From positions 61,392,464 through 61,456,463 of the forward strand of contig NC_043011.1 of the NCBI RefSeq assembly GCF_006345805.1: DNA of 64,000 nucleotides, given 5' to 3'. The notes under the pieces were generated by a model. The model worked only from the letters and a program-made list of their open reading frames with translations. It was not told the DNA's origin and ran no database searches. Positions 50,307 to 64,000 of the stretch are shown here, one piece after another. Numbering within the stretch: position 1 is the stretch's first letter; each line of letters starts with the position of its first letter. Both the position numbers and the translations under genes were made by a program. The stretch comes from Octopus sinensis. Lineage: Eukaryota.

Positions 50307-50621
50307 TATATATATATATATGCAAATATATTATATATGTATGATTATATGTAGATACACATATACATATAGTTATATATACACACATATATACATCTAT
50401 GTATATACATATGTATAAAGAAGTACGTATGTAAATGTAATTCTTTATTCAAGCATATGTGCTTCTCTGCGTAGCCGTTATTTAAAAGCCACATAAAATT
50501 AATGGCGTGTATAAAAGTGTGATACGCAAATCGCCCAATATGTACATCCGTGAATATATATATATATATATATATAGGCACACACACACACATATATACA
50601 TACTTGAATACACACGCATAC

Positions 50622-50656
<35 letters not shown>

Positions 50657-50660
50657 CTCC
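50215..50660. repeat. (TA)n/(CA)n/(TG)n
   Basis: Direct read. Confidence 0.95.
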
Positions 50661-51027
50661 GTAGGCGCTTGTTTTCTGCGTTTATCTTCATGTATATGAA
50701 AAGCTCACTGGCAAGGGGTGGTCTAAGGTCTAGAACATGAAAGTATCGATCAAACTTCAATCTTTCTAAATTATTGCTTTATTGAGGACATAAAATGTAT
50801 AAGAAACAAATAATAGACATAAATTCGATAAAAAAGAATTCCTCTTTTGTGTCTTTATTTCAGTCCATCGAAGTTAATCTGTGCCGCGGTTTTTTTTTAT
50901 AGGAAACACTATTGAGAATATATGAGGTGGGGTTTATTGTTTCTTCATCTTGTCTTAACTTTGGCTTTGAAGTCTCTTATCGACAATTTCTTTAACAGCG
51001 TCTCATCTTATGTCTTCTTGTACCTAA

Positions 51028-51500
<473 letters not shown>

Positions 51501-51939
51501 TGCTTTTATATACCCACATTGCCATATATAGAACACAATTGCACTGACAGATATATGCAAACACGCAAGCACACACACTACACACGAACGCAAAAATGCA
51601 TGCATAGGCAAAGGCGTAATGGTAGATTTAATGTTGTTACATCCTGAAATTTAAAGAGTGATTCAAAATCTGTGCTGGCGAATTTCATAGAATGATATTC
51701 TCGAAAGGTGACTCTCAAGCTTTTTACCTTTGACAAAAACTAATCAGGTATATTCCGTGTCTCAGAGAAGTTCTCACTTATTCCAATCCTTAAAGCCTGA
51801 CTACGTTGTGTCCTCGACCCTTTTACACATACTAACGCCAGGTGTTTATTTTATGCAACTCTTTCTCGAGCTGAAAAAATTGTGAGTCACGGACATAGAG
51901 ACATTCAAATATGCATACATAAACATCTATTCTTTTCTC

Positions 51940-52025
51940 TTCTACTCTAGGAACAAGGCCCGACATTTTGGGGAAGAGGGCCAGTCGGTTAGATCGACCC
52001 CAGTACGCAATTGGTGCTTAAATAT
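51940..52025 (-). mobile_element. SINE family B 3' part
   Basis: CTTCTACTCTAGGAACAAGGCCCGACATTTTGGGG..GATCGACCCCAGTACGCAA. Confidence 0.75.
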
Positions 52026-52096
52026 ATAAACATATATTGATAGACAAACAAATAGATAAATAGATAAGCACATATGTATGTATCTATCTAAGTACC

Positions 52097-52179
<83 letters not shown>

Positions 52180-52254
52180 ATATCTATCTATCTATCTGTC
52201 TGTCTGTTTATCTATCTAAATATTATCTATCTATACATACACTTATACCATCCA

Positions 52255-52590
52255 CATGGTTCCGGGTTCAGTCCCACTGGGTGGCATCTTGGGCAAATGT
52301 CTTCTACTATAGCCTTGGGCCGACCAAAGTCTTGTGAGTGGATTTGTTAGACGGAAACTGAAAGAAGCCCGTCGTATACATGAATATGTATGTGTATGTG
52401 TGTATGTGTGTGTCTGTGTTTGTCCCTCTAGCATTGCTTAACAACCGATACTGGTGTATTTATGTTCCCGACACTTAACTGTTGGCAAAAAGACCGATAG
52501 AATAAGTATTAGGCTTACAAAGAATAAGCCCCGGTGCTCCAGCATGGCCGCAGTCAAATGACTGCAAGAAGTAAAAGAGTAAAGAGAATA
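52255..52590 (+). mobile_element. SINE family C
   Basis: ATGGTTCCGGGTTCAGTCCCACTGGGTGGCATCTTGGGCAAATG..CAGCATGGCCGCAGTCAAATGACTG..AAAAGAGTAAAGAG. Confidence 0.9.
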
Positions 52591-52823
52591 CCTATCTAAG
52601 TATCTATCTGTCTATACATACACTTATATATATAAGTACACACAAACACACACCATGCACACACTCTCTCACACACACACATATATAGACGTGCTAGTTT
52701 CTGGTTCGGTCCTACAGCATAACACTTTGGCTAACTGTTTTCTACTATTGTCATGGTCCGACAAATTGTCATGGAATTTGTTTGACGGAAACTATGTGGA
52801 ACCCTCCTATATATATGTATAAG

Positions 52824-52935
<112 letters not shown>

Positions 52936-54129
52936 GCCCATTAAATATCGCCGAGAAAATAAAGGCCTGCTAAAGACTTTACAAGATAATACTTGCGGAA
53001 AATGACATGTTGATGTATCGAACTCGAAACATCGCGTTTGCGGTGCGTGCTTCTTAACCGCGTAGTATTATCTGTGCTTATTAATATTTTTCTTTCTCTT
53101 GGATATAAACCACATATAATATATATTCTTGATAACGGCTTTAAGCAAAAATATAACAGAATTTATTGACAATGCAAAAAATAACAAGAATTAATCTGCT
53201 TGTTCAAGAGACCTCGTAAGAAGATAAAAAAATTCACATTAAAAACCAATATCCTACACTACACATATAAACAGAACGAAAGCAGCTAATAACTACTGCC
53301 ATAACTTAATCTTTTATTGACAATGTTGAAAAGGCATTAAATAAATAAAAGCCAAATTTTTTTATACGTGTCAAAGCGATGCTATTTTTGAAGCGAATTT
53401 TGATAATGAAATTTGCTTCTTTTATGAGAAACTTGTGTTTGTCTTTTGGTATAGACATTCTAAATTTGGGGTCGAAGGTTTTAGATAAACATGTATGTGT
53501 ACCATATTCAACAGACAGGAGTAAATTAACGTCTTTCTTTCTTATACTTGTTATATATGAAAAAAAAAATGAAGATTGCTCACGTATATAAAGTGATGAA
53601 AACTGAAAAAGATAATTCTTTGAACTATCTCGTCGCGGACGAGGCTAGAGACCACTGTATCATAAGAGACTATACTGAATGAATAAAAAAAAGGGTCCTA
53701 CAAATTCAGATGGCGATTGGCAGAAACATTGTGAGAGAGAATATCATAAACCTGAGGGAAACAAGACGGTGGGTGTGAGATTCAGAGAACAACAATTCGA
53801 GGAACGAAACAGGAATCCTAACTGAAAAACGATGTGTCTGGTGAAAGAAGCGGCAGAGATGTTTAAATGTCTTGACAGAGGTGTTAGAGTATAAATGTCA
53901 CCAGAACAATGCGATTTGAAGTACTTAGAGGAAAGAAAACGAACATGCATTTCAACAATGAGACAAAAATCACAACGTATTCAAACGAAGAGGCCACAAA
54001 GTATTAAAATCTCGATTCTGAATTCGAGAAAACAAGTTAACACATTCAGAAGAAGTACCAGCACAAAGATAAGAACAATATCCGATGCAAGAGTTTTACT
54101 TCCCAAAAATACTCTCAATTGATAAGAGA

Positions 54130-54480
54130 CTTTTGCTGATGAGATGGAAAATAATGCTCGATTTTATTTACTAATTCTTCTAAATAGGTTTTAATAAGAC
54201 TTGAAATTTACTGACAAACGTCTTCAGTCAATGAATCATTTCAAAATTTCTTTTCGCGACAGGATTTTGTTTTTAAAGATCCAGTCCCCTTCTGGAATCA
54301 AGAATCATATCCCCTGGGCCTTACAGGGACTTTCTTTAGCGAGTTCATTTCATGAAAGATTCCTGCTTCGCTGAAAAGCCTCTCCAACGATTTTTGATCG
54401 TCAAAACACTTGAAAAATGCCGGCTTCTTGATTATTTTCTGAAAAGTAATCATGCAGTTCATCTTTCGGCTCAACCGATT
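54130..54480 (-). mobile_element. Decayed hAT (Charlie/Buster-like) transposase fragment
   Basis: Frameshifted minus-strand translation: KDELHDYFSENNQ, FFKCFDDQKSLERL..AGIFHEMNSL, KSL*GPGDMILDS, IFKNKIL. Resembles LADIF..LNxLNxSLQG. Confidence 0.5.
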
Positions 54481-54735
54481 TATAATTCAATGATTAACAT
54501 CCTATTGTATATTGTTAATCCTGTATTATATTTCCTCTGATTTGTATTCTTCCAGATGTCGAAAAGTTCTTGAAGTATGATTGAATATATGTACATGAAA
54601 CTCATACAAAGCACCACACTGCCATCTGTTGACTTGTAACCACATAAGAGCGATCAACAAACACTGATAGTATTGCATCTGCACTTATGCTTCATGTACT
54701 TCTGCAGCTCCTTTTCAACATCACATTAACGATAC

Positions 54736-54794
<59 letters not shown>

Positions 54795-54846
54795 TAATAA
54801 TAATAACAATTATGATGATGATAATAATAATAAGAAGAAGAAGAAG

Positions 54847-55323
54847 AACATGCCTCCTCATTGATATGACTATCCCAATCGATATAAACGTATCTGTCAA
54901 GACCTACCAAAACCTGAGCAAATATAAAGATCTTGAAATAGAAATCAGCAAAATGTGGAACCTGAAGACTAAAACAATACCTGTTGTCATAGGTGCCCTG
55001 GGAATGATAGCAAAAGGGGCTGATTGCTACCTAACTCAGATACCAGGAAACCCCAAAATGGCAGAAATTCAAAAGATAGTGTTCATGGGAACTGCTCATA
55101 TCCTACGCAAAATACTTTCTTTGTAATCTCAAGTTTTAAAACAAACATAATTTCCGTATGTCTTTTTTTTAGACATTCACTAGTACAATACTAAATACAA
55201 AACCAAATATATGGCACACTAGGCATAACAACAACAACACAAACTTCCAACCTGTTGTCTCTTGAGGTCTCTGGGTGAAACTTGGAGCCAACTTGTACAA
55301 ATATAAAGCAAAAGGAAAACATA

Positions 55324-55324
<1 letters not shown>
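54847..55324 (+). mobile_element. Heavily 5'-truncated R4/Dong-type RLE retrotransposon (second family)
   Basis: TCLLIDMTIPIDINVSVKTYQNLSKYKDLEIEISKMWNLKTKTIPVVIGALG..MGTAHILRKIL; flanked by (AAT)n-(AAG)n on the 5' side and (AAT)n on the 3' side. Confidence 0.9.
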
Positions 55325-55360
<36 letters not shown>

Positions 55361-55363
55361 TAA

Positions 55364-55426
<63 letters not shown>

Positions 55427-55952
55427 TAATATTCTAAAAGCAATTTCGTTTTGTCATGTCAAACATCTATTAATATACTTTGAGACACACTAATCAAAAC
55501 ACACCTGCATTCTTTACTTCAGGTGTGGTAGAATTCTTCAAGTTGTGATAGAATTTCCCTTTAGGGATTATATTTATAACTGACATGAAGGAGGCTTAGA
55601 AGAGACAACCAAATTTATTACTTTTAATGATGGAAAGAAAGCAAATATACTCTTCTCATATTTAGAATATGAAAAGATATATAAGCTAGTCTATTGAACA
55701 GCGACATTTTTGATTGAGAAATCTAATGAAATAATTTCCAATATGGACGCCGTTATCTCTCACAGTCTGTCATTCTGAAAACAGTGAGAAAGACTTGCAG
55801 TTTCGACCGGCATATTAGAAAGTTGACAGATATTGAAAGCTTGGAGATAATGCAATTTATTAGCAGACTTATGTAATGCAGACATTGCTTACTTACCGAT
55901 ATAAACGAGTTACAACCAGAATCGCTCTCGCCCTCTCTCTTTCTCTCCATCT

Positions 55953-56011
<59 letters not shown>

Positions 56012-57471
56012 CTCACCAACGTCTGTTTCATTTTGGTTCTCTCTCTAACGTTACTTCTTTCTTATCCTCCTTATCATCCTTTGTAGCAATCTCAGTTTTT
56101 ATGTATTTATAATATTGGGCGATTCTTTCGATATCCAGCTCGTTGGTTCTGCTCTAACACATAAATATTTTCGTTTAGTCAAAGCCTGTAATTTTAAGAT
56201 CTATTAGAGTAAAGAATGATTTGGATCGTGCACTTGTTAACGAGATGGGACAGTGACGTAGAAGAGCGCTGTTCCTTTGCTTAAATTGATGCAAATAACA
56301 TTTGTAACGGGTTTTGAAATGGTTCGCAATGCGATCTCTATAATCCCCTTTTTAATACCAACCAAGATGCACAATAAATAAGTGATCTTATCGGTTAAGG
56401 AGAGGGATTTTTTGATAGCAACAATTTGCCCTTTGAGGTAAAAGATATACAGATCTGTGTACTTCGGTTGTAGAATGTGATCTAGAAAGCAATGATATCG
56501 AAGAATAAGTAGTAGACTTTAATGATATGAGTGTTGATGTAGCGATGGAAGGTGTTATCAATCAAGAAGCAGAAATTTCTATGTTCGAATAATATATTGG
56601 ATTAAATCAGCTTATTTTCATCTGCAACCCCACTCTTGTATAAAGGCAGTTTCCATTTTTTACACAATCGGAATTCAAATGTTATGAGAATTACTTTTTG
56701 TCTTAATATTTACTTGCTAAATGTAGTAATTTCTCTCGCAAAATTTGATGCTTACGAAAGAGATCCTTGTTGATTGAAGGATAGAAGTCTCCTATATTGA
56801 ATTCAGTAACACTACAGGATTAAATGCCTTAATGGACGGCTGTTGTGCTGTAACGTTACGCTCCTAGATTTAATAACGTCGTAAATAAGTTTAATGCCTG
56901 TTCTGAAATTGCTTCTGGATATGTTGTTTAATTTATATTTTTATGTTGGAGCGTCAATTCGTCTGATAATTGGGTAATGTAAGGTGTGCGCATGACGAGG
57001 CATCCCCCGTGATCTTGTCCTGGTTGTTAGGAAAGTTGTTCCTTCTCTTTTATATTAGTAGATTCGATTGTGATGAGGTATGTTTTGTTGCAAAGTATTC
57101 GGACGAAGGGTACATTCTCAAGTATTATAGGTAATTATATAATGTTTTCTAAAATGATTTAAGGTTGTCTATAGATCTCATCTTTTATAACATGGCGCTG
57201 AGGTCGGATGTGAAGATTTTTGAGGTCCTCCATCTGGGTGCAGTCCCTTGATTTGGGTGCACTACGGCTTTTTGTATACCAGTGCCCTAATAATTCTTGA
57301 CATCTCTGGTGATACTCTTCATCAGAGACTAGAAGAGAAGCGTAGACAAATGAAATGGGAGGAAAGATAAGGAGAAATCTACACCAGCAATGAAGACGGA
57401 TGTTCGCATGACATGTCTATTACGGTGGAATTACTCGCTTTTTTTAAAGGATTGGCCATTGAAAATATATG

Positions 57472-57775
<304 letters not shown>

Positions 57776-57776
57776 A

Positions 57777-57884
<108 letters not shown>

Positions 57885-58148
57885 CTTAGAAACAGTCTGA
57901 CTCAGCGCCCATGACTTAGGTGTTGCAGGCGAGTAAACTGTGCATGAATGGACATTTACCACACGCCAACCAATCATCAAGTCTTGCGGAACTGAGTCAA
58001 CCAGTCATTAACAATATATGCAACGACTACCAAATGTGTTGGTGCGTGAGTGCTCTTTATTTTCACTTTCTCACTGACTCGTGTGTGTGTGTGTCTATAT
58101 GTGTTGCGTGTATGTGTGTGTGCAGACTGCCAAATATACATGTATATA

Positions 58149-59050
58149 CGAAGTCTGATCAATAAGTATCCGGCCTGTTACTACAGTAACAGAACTATAA
58201 CACGTACCAATTTGGCATTTAATCTCCTTCAGTGTACGAAGCCACACACTTAATCCAGCACTGTTTCCATCGATGGAAGCATTCCTGGAACTCGTTTTCT
58301 GGGAGAATCAGCAGCTGCCTCGTCTCATTCAGTTTGATTTCCTCAGCGAACTGAAATCCTCCTTTCAAGCAGGATTTCATTTTTGCAAAAAGGGAAAAGT
58401 CGCAGGGAGTGGGATCTGGGGAATAAGGTGGTTATCGAATCCGAACAATGCTGTGTGTAGCCAAAAACTACAGCACAAACTGCGCTGAATGGACAAGTGC
58501 GTTGTCATTGTGCAACTGCCACTCACCGGACTCGTGCAGTTGTGGCCTTTTCCGAGGAACAACATCCCACAAACGCCGCGAAACATCACGGAAGTAATCC
58601 TTGTTTACTGTCTGTCCAGGTGGAGCGTACTCATAATGAACAATCCCCGTGTAGTCGAAGAAAACGGTCACATTGTTTCGACTTATTCGTGCTTTCTTCG
58701 GTCACGGAGAAGTTGGGCTCTTCCAGTGTGAAGACTGAGCCATTGACCCACGATTCATCACCCATTATAACCGTTTTCAAAAAGTTTTCATCGTTCTGGA
58801 CACAATTAAGGAGATCTTGTGCAGCATTTTGGTCTGTTGAAAGTTGTTTCGGCACAAACTTGGCAGACATGCATCCTATAAGGCAAACTTCAGCGATAAT
58901 GGACTGATCAGAACCGCAACTAATCTGCACATCCTCTGACAACTCAGGGTTGGTGATTCGACGATTTTCCTTCATAGCTGCAAGCACATCTGCAATGTTT
59001 TTCTTAGTTCTGCTGGTTGCGATCTCCTAGAACGCTCGTCACTATCGCGG
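58149..59050 (-). mobile_element. Mariner (DD34D) pseudo-transposase with 3' TIR, 5'-truncated
   Basis: TA|CGAAGTCTGATCAATAAGTATCCGG TIR. Motifs VIMGDESWV, HNDNALVH and PPYSPDPTPCDF, with 34 residues counted between the 2nd and 3rd Asp. Stops and frameshifts present. Confidence 0.9.
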
Positions 59051-59189
59051 AGTAGATAAAACCGGGGACAACTGATGAAGGGAATGTTCTTTATGTTGTA
59101 TGCCTCGTTTCTCCATTTTTTCATGTCTTTTTTATATCCTGTACCCATATATGCATGTACATATACATATATATGTAGGCATGTTTATG

Positions 59190-59203
59190 TATATGTGTAT
59201 ATG

Positions 59204-59286
<83 letters not shown>

Positions 59287-59317
59287 TATATATATATATA
59301 TTATAAATATATATAAG

Positions 59318-59361
<44 letters not shown>

Positions 59362-59378
59362 CATACATACATACATAC

Positions 59379-59452
<74 letters not shown>

Positions 59453-59671
59453 GGATTGATAGATAGATAGATGAGATGGAGACCTCTATCTTTTTGAATC
59501 ATCAGAAATTTAAAAATTAAAGGAGGTTTAGCGTCCAAAAAAGACACCGTTATTCTTTATCATGTATGGAGTATATAATAGAACCTCGGTTTACGAACGC
59601 CTCTGATCACAAATAAATCGTGTCTTACATATATCTATCTATCTATCTATCTATATATCTATCTATCTATC

Positions 59672-59730
<59 letters not shown>
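59190..59730. repeat. (TA)n/(GATA)n/(TCTA)n
   Basis: Direct read. Confidence 0.9.
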
Positions 59731-60369
59731 CACGATTTTTTCGCTTTCAGAGTTGTTCCGGAACTGAGGCACTACAGTATTTTCTTCGTCTCTCTACAAA
59801 ATCGTTTACTAATCAATATGTACGATGTGTATGCGTGTGTGTCTGTGTGTATGTGTATATGTGTGATTCTGCGTCTGTGTGTGTGTGTGCGACAGACACT
59901 CATTTATTTCTTATGTTTACCATTCTGTTACTTCATACATTCCATTACAACAAATTATATTTCTCTTCCTGTTTATCCTTTTCATATCCTTATATCTTTC
60001 TGCCTATCTGTTTGTCTGTCTGCCTCGCCCTGTCTCTGTCTCTGTGTTTCTCAATCTCCCACTTTCTCTCTTACTCTCTTACTCTCTACTCTCTTTCTCT
60101 CCTATTCACAGAATCACTCTCCCTACCTCACCCACTTCCTCTCTATTACATCTATCAATATTTATCATTCATATATAGACTCTTGTCTTAAGTGTATCTC
60201 ATACTATTAATACTTCTAACTTAGAAAGAAAATAAAATCAAAATGAAGACAAAGCTGTGTATTTGCCGAGTGGCGGCATAATGTGTACTTAAAACGAAAT
60301 CTAGTTCTACCACGGATTTCCCGCCAGCCATACTGAATTACAAACATTCAGTGATGAGGCAGACGTGAA

Positions 60370-60515
60370 AACAACACTAACATCAACAACAACAACAACA
60401 GAAGCAGTAACAACCATCACCACCACCACCACCACGTCAACAACAACAATGATAATAATAATGAATATTACCTCTACTACTACGACGACTACTACTACAA
60501 ATAATAATAATAATA

Positions 60516-60550
<35 letters not shown>

Positions 60551-60640
60551 TAATAATAATAATAAGGATGATGATAATGATGATGATGATGATGAGGATG
60601 ATGATGATAACAACAACAAAAATAACGAAGAAGAAGAAGA
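60370..60640. repeat. Compound trinucleotide array (AAC/ACC/ACT/AAT/GAT/AAG)
   Basis: Direct read. Confidence 0.95.
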
Positions 60641-60898
60641 AATGTGTAAACACAGCAGATATCAAGTAAAAAAATTAGTTTTTGGTAATAATGATAATTT
60701 CTATTTTTTATTAGCCACGAGGGATCGCGATCGATGAGTTTCCAAAACTAAAAAACTTTTACTAAAGATGGAAAAAAATCGTTGAGAAAAAAGAACAGGT
60801 TTACACGTTGCAAAGAGACGGGCAAGGGTTGTTATATAATATATGGAAAGATGAAGAATTTTCAAGGTGCACGTAGTCGCGCACACACCTTTTATATA

Positions 60899-61005
<107 letters not shown>

Positions 61006-61061
61006 ATAGATAGATAGAAAGATAAATAGACAGACAGACAGATAGATAAATCGATAGATAA

Positions 61062-61146
<85 letters not shown>

Positions 61147-61206
61147 GATGACTAAGAACTCCAAAAGCTATTTTTATTCTCTCTCTCTCTTTATTTTCTC
61201 TTGTTC

Positions 61207-61242
61207 CTCTCTGTTGAAGAGCGTATGCTCGAAACGTAAAAG
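61207..61242 (+). ncRNA. Degenerate minimal hammerhead motif in PLE-type terminus
   Basis: CTCT CTGTTGA A GAGC gtat GCTC GAAAC GTA AAAG. Core A6 is mutated to T; helix II intact; palindromic ACGT. Confidence 0.5.
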
Positions 61243-61309
61243 CCGTTCTCACCTTCCCGAGCGTTAAACTAATACACCTGAAGAACATATCCAAGGCATC
61301 TGTCCCTGT

Positions 61310-62135
61310 TATATGGATGGCTAATTCAAAAGCATGGGTTACTGTTCTTCTTGTTAGAGATTGATTCTTCAATCATTTTATCCCAGCAGCAGAGAAGTAT
61401 TGTAAGGAGAAGGGGATTCCTTTTAAGGTTTTACTTATCTTAGATAATGTTCGTCGCCACCCGCAAAGCATCGTTGATTTTGACACCAACATTACCTGGT
61501 ATACCTCCCTTAGAATGCCAAGTCTCTTCTGTAACGAATCGATCAGGTAATACTTGCTGTCTTCAAGCGCTAATATATGAAGCGTACGCTGTGGCAAGCA
61601 ATAGGTGCAACTGATCCTGATGAGTCCACCATACTTCGTGACTTTGTGAAGAGATACGATATTTACAAAACTGTACTGAACATCCCAGCGGCAAAGAATG
61701 ATATACAGAGCACGGCTATGAATGGTGTACAGAAGAAGCTATGCCCGCAATTCGTGAATGATTTTAAAGGGTCTGATAATGTTGCCATCAGCAAAACGTT
61801 GGTGACTACGAGCAAAGAACTGGAAATGAATTTGGAAGAGGAGGATTTCACAGATTTATTTGAAAAAGACAAGCAACCTCTGACGAACGAGGATTTGATA
61901 GTTCTTCACACGCAGCAAAATAAAGAAGAAGAATAAGAAGAAGTCAAGCCTGAGCCACGTCGGTTTACCATTAAGAAAATGCAGCAAGCATTTGCATATC
62001 TTGAAAAAGGTCTTTCTATGTTCGAGGATATGGATCCAAATGCTCGACGCTTTTCCAAGATTACGGGGACTTGCCACGAAGCTTTAGCTCCTTATAATGT
62101 AATCTTTGAGAAAAAGAAGACAGTTCAAGGAACTC
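61310..62135 (+). mobile_element. Tigger/pogo (DDE_1) transposase, decayed C-terminal half
   Basis: WMANSKAWVT..FIPAAEKYCKEKGIPFKVLLILDN..HP; ORF 61577-61936 LRDFVKRYDIY..MNGVQKKLCPQFVNDFKG..LTNEDLIVL. Confidence 0.8.
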
Positions 62136-63019
62136 TCAACTGGTTTTTAAGCATATCGAACAGCGAGAATAGCCAGATTCAGCTGTTAATGTTGACAATC
62201 CACAGCCATCTACGTCTGCGATGTACACCACAAAATTGTATGTGTGTACTGGTAAATTTAAAATAGTTTAGTATTTTTACTATTGCCAAATAATAATAAT
62301 TAATGAATTTGTTTTTTGAAGATTAAAAAAAGGCTTTTATTTTACCATATCTTATTGCAAACTGCATTTACCATGACTTATTGTATTTTACCATGTCTTC
62401 TTGCAAACTGCATTTCTGAATAAAGCGTCTGCGATGTACGGTAAACACCAAATTGTATTCGTAAATTTAGATTACTTTTTTTCACTGCGTTTTTATTAAC
62501 CATGTATTATTGAAGATGCATTCATGAATAACGTACAGAACTGTGTATGTTTATTATGGTTTTAGCCAAGAGACAAGTAAATTCGGCCTAGCCTAGCCTA
62601 GAGACAAGTTAATTCGACTTAAGTCGTGACTCCTGGCAGCAATTAACGACGTAGGGTGAAGTATTCCTGCATATGGAATCTGAGCAAAAAAGGTAACTAG
62701 TAACTTTAGCTGTGGCTGTCCAGTTTTAGTCGCGAAATAACACTGCCTTGGGCTTGTTAATGCTGACTGCTTTCATACCGTGGGAGTTTATGTCAGCACC
62801 GAGGAATACTAACTGTGAAGAACAGATTCTCTGAAAATGACATACAAAATAATTAATGTAACTAATGAAACAAGAAAAATAAAAGGCAAAAGACAAGCAT
62901 ACAGCTGTCCTAATTACACTGATTGCAAGGCAATCAGCATCGTCCTTCATGCAAATTATATCTTGAGGCGAGAAGCGATGTAGCATCATCAACAGTAATG
63001 ACTGTAGTAATAAGACTAA

Positions 63020-63252
63020 TTACACTGATGATGATGATGATGGTTGTGGTGGTGGTGGCAGTGGTGGTGATGGGGGGGGACGGTGGTTGTGGTGGTGATT
63101 ATGATTATGATGATGACGAAACTATTTTGATCGTAAAGTGCAAACTGAAAGCTAACCGCAAATAATTATATACTAAGGAAATATAACCAGTTTCAGTAAT
63201 AATAATAATAATAGTAAATAATAACAATAATAATAATAATAATAATAATAAC

Positions 63253-63298
<46 letters not shown>

Positions 63299-63372
63299 TA
63301 ATAATAATAATAATAATAGTAATGCTAATGATGATGGTGATGGTAATGGTGGTGGTGATGATGATGATGATG
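63020..63372. repeat. (GAT)/(GGT)/(AAT)n arrays
   Basis: Direct read. Confidence 0.95.
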
Positions 63373-64000
63373 TCTAGTGAACACTGCAACAAGTATGGAC
63401 TGTGCATTGGATAATGCAAAGTATGATAATGCAAAGATCCTATGGGATTTTATGATTCAGTGCGACCATGAGATAGAGAATAGGAAGTCAGACGTTAATT
63501 GAGAAAGAAAACAAACTATGCTGGATCATAGAGATAGCATGCCCAGCTGACAACAATGTATGCAATAAGGAAGAAAGAAAAGTCGAGAGAAAATGGATTG
63601 AACGACACTCCATAATTGATAGCACTACAATTTCTTCCATACATCATGACACACCTAGTATATTTGGTGAGCTAATATATTTACACTGCTTTGTATATTG
63701 ATTCTTATTCTGAGTGACATGACAGGTTAGCATGAGAAGTTAAGCAGTTGTGGTCGCTGAAAAAGGTGGTAGTAGTACCAATAATTGTCGGAGCCCTGGG
63801 AACAGCAAGCAAAAATCTTGAGAAATACATGGGACAAATAGGGGCTGCAATAAGAGTGGAGCACTTGCAGAAAACAGCACTGCTTGGAACCGATCGAATA
63901 CTCCGGAAGGTGCTCGAAAAATAAGAGGTGTTACCTAAGTTCACTGGTATAGAACAGCTAACACCGTTCTAGATCTCCAGCGTTAGAAGCTGTACAACTA
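63373..64000 (+). mobile_element. R4/Dong-type RLE retrotransposon 3' fragment (third family), interrupted
   Basis: NAKILWDFMIQCDHEIENRKSDV, CWIIEIACPADNNVCNKEERKVER, an insert of about 127 bp, then HDRLA*EVKQLWSLKKVVVVPIIVGALG..KTALLGTDRILRKVLEK*. Confidence 0.85.

Noticed and set aside
61617-61660. CTGATGAGTCC, a classic HHR start
   Set aside because: No GGAC-GAAA partner follows; it lies within transposase codons (DPDES).

Overview
AT-rich, repeat-saturated animal DNA with no confidently identifiable host gene. The SINE families and microsatellite load suggest an octopod cephalopod, which is an inference from pattern recall rather than a database result. Almost all long ORFs in the track are translations of (TA)n, (CA)n, (GATA)n or trinucleotide repeats. 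Decayed transposable elements recognised: three R4/Dong-type RLE non-LTR retrotransposon 3' fragments in or beside (AAT)n/(AAG)n tracts, one CR1-type RT fragment with a tandem 3' tail, one RTE endonuclease 5' fragment, one Gypsy integrase C-terminus with PPT and probable LTR, several Tc1/mariner relics (DD34D, a DD37D-like copy, MITEs), a Tigger/pogo transposase, a hAT fragment, an unusual DDE transposase, and at least four tRNA-derived SINE families. The most interesting signal is a set of minimal type-I hammerhead ribozyme (HHR) motifs of the kind carried by Penelope-like element (PLE) termini, from several unrelated sequence families. Several sit in head-to-head fold-back units: a palindrome of about 450 bp with two opposed HHRs (26.6-27.0 kb), a perfect 63-bp-arm hairpin centred on HHR helix II (25.1-25.3 kb), and a composite of about 4.9 kb in which inverted PLE-like arms enclose a hairpin and a 3.7-kb purine-rich 59-bp minisatellite (18.8-23.7 kb). 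All alignments and coordinates were worked out by eye.
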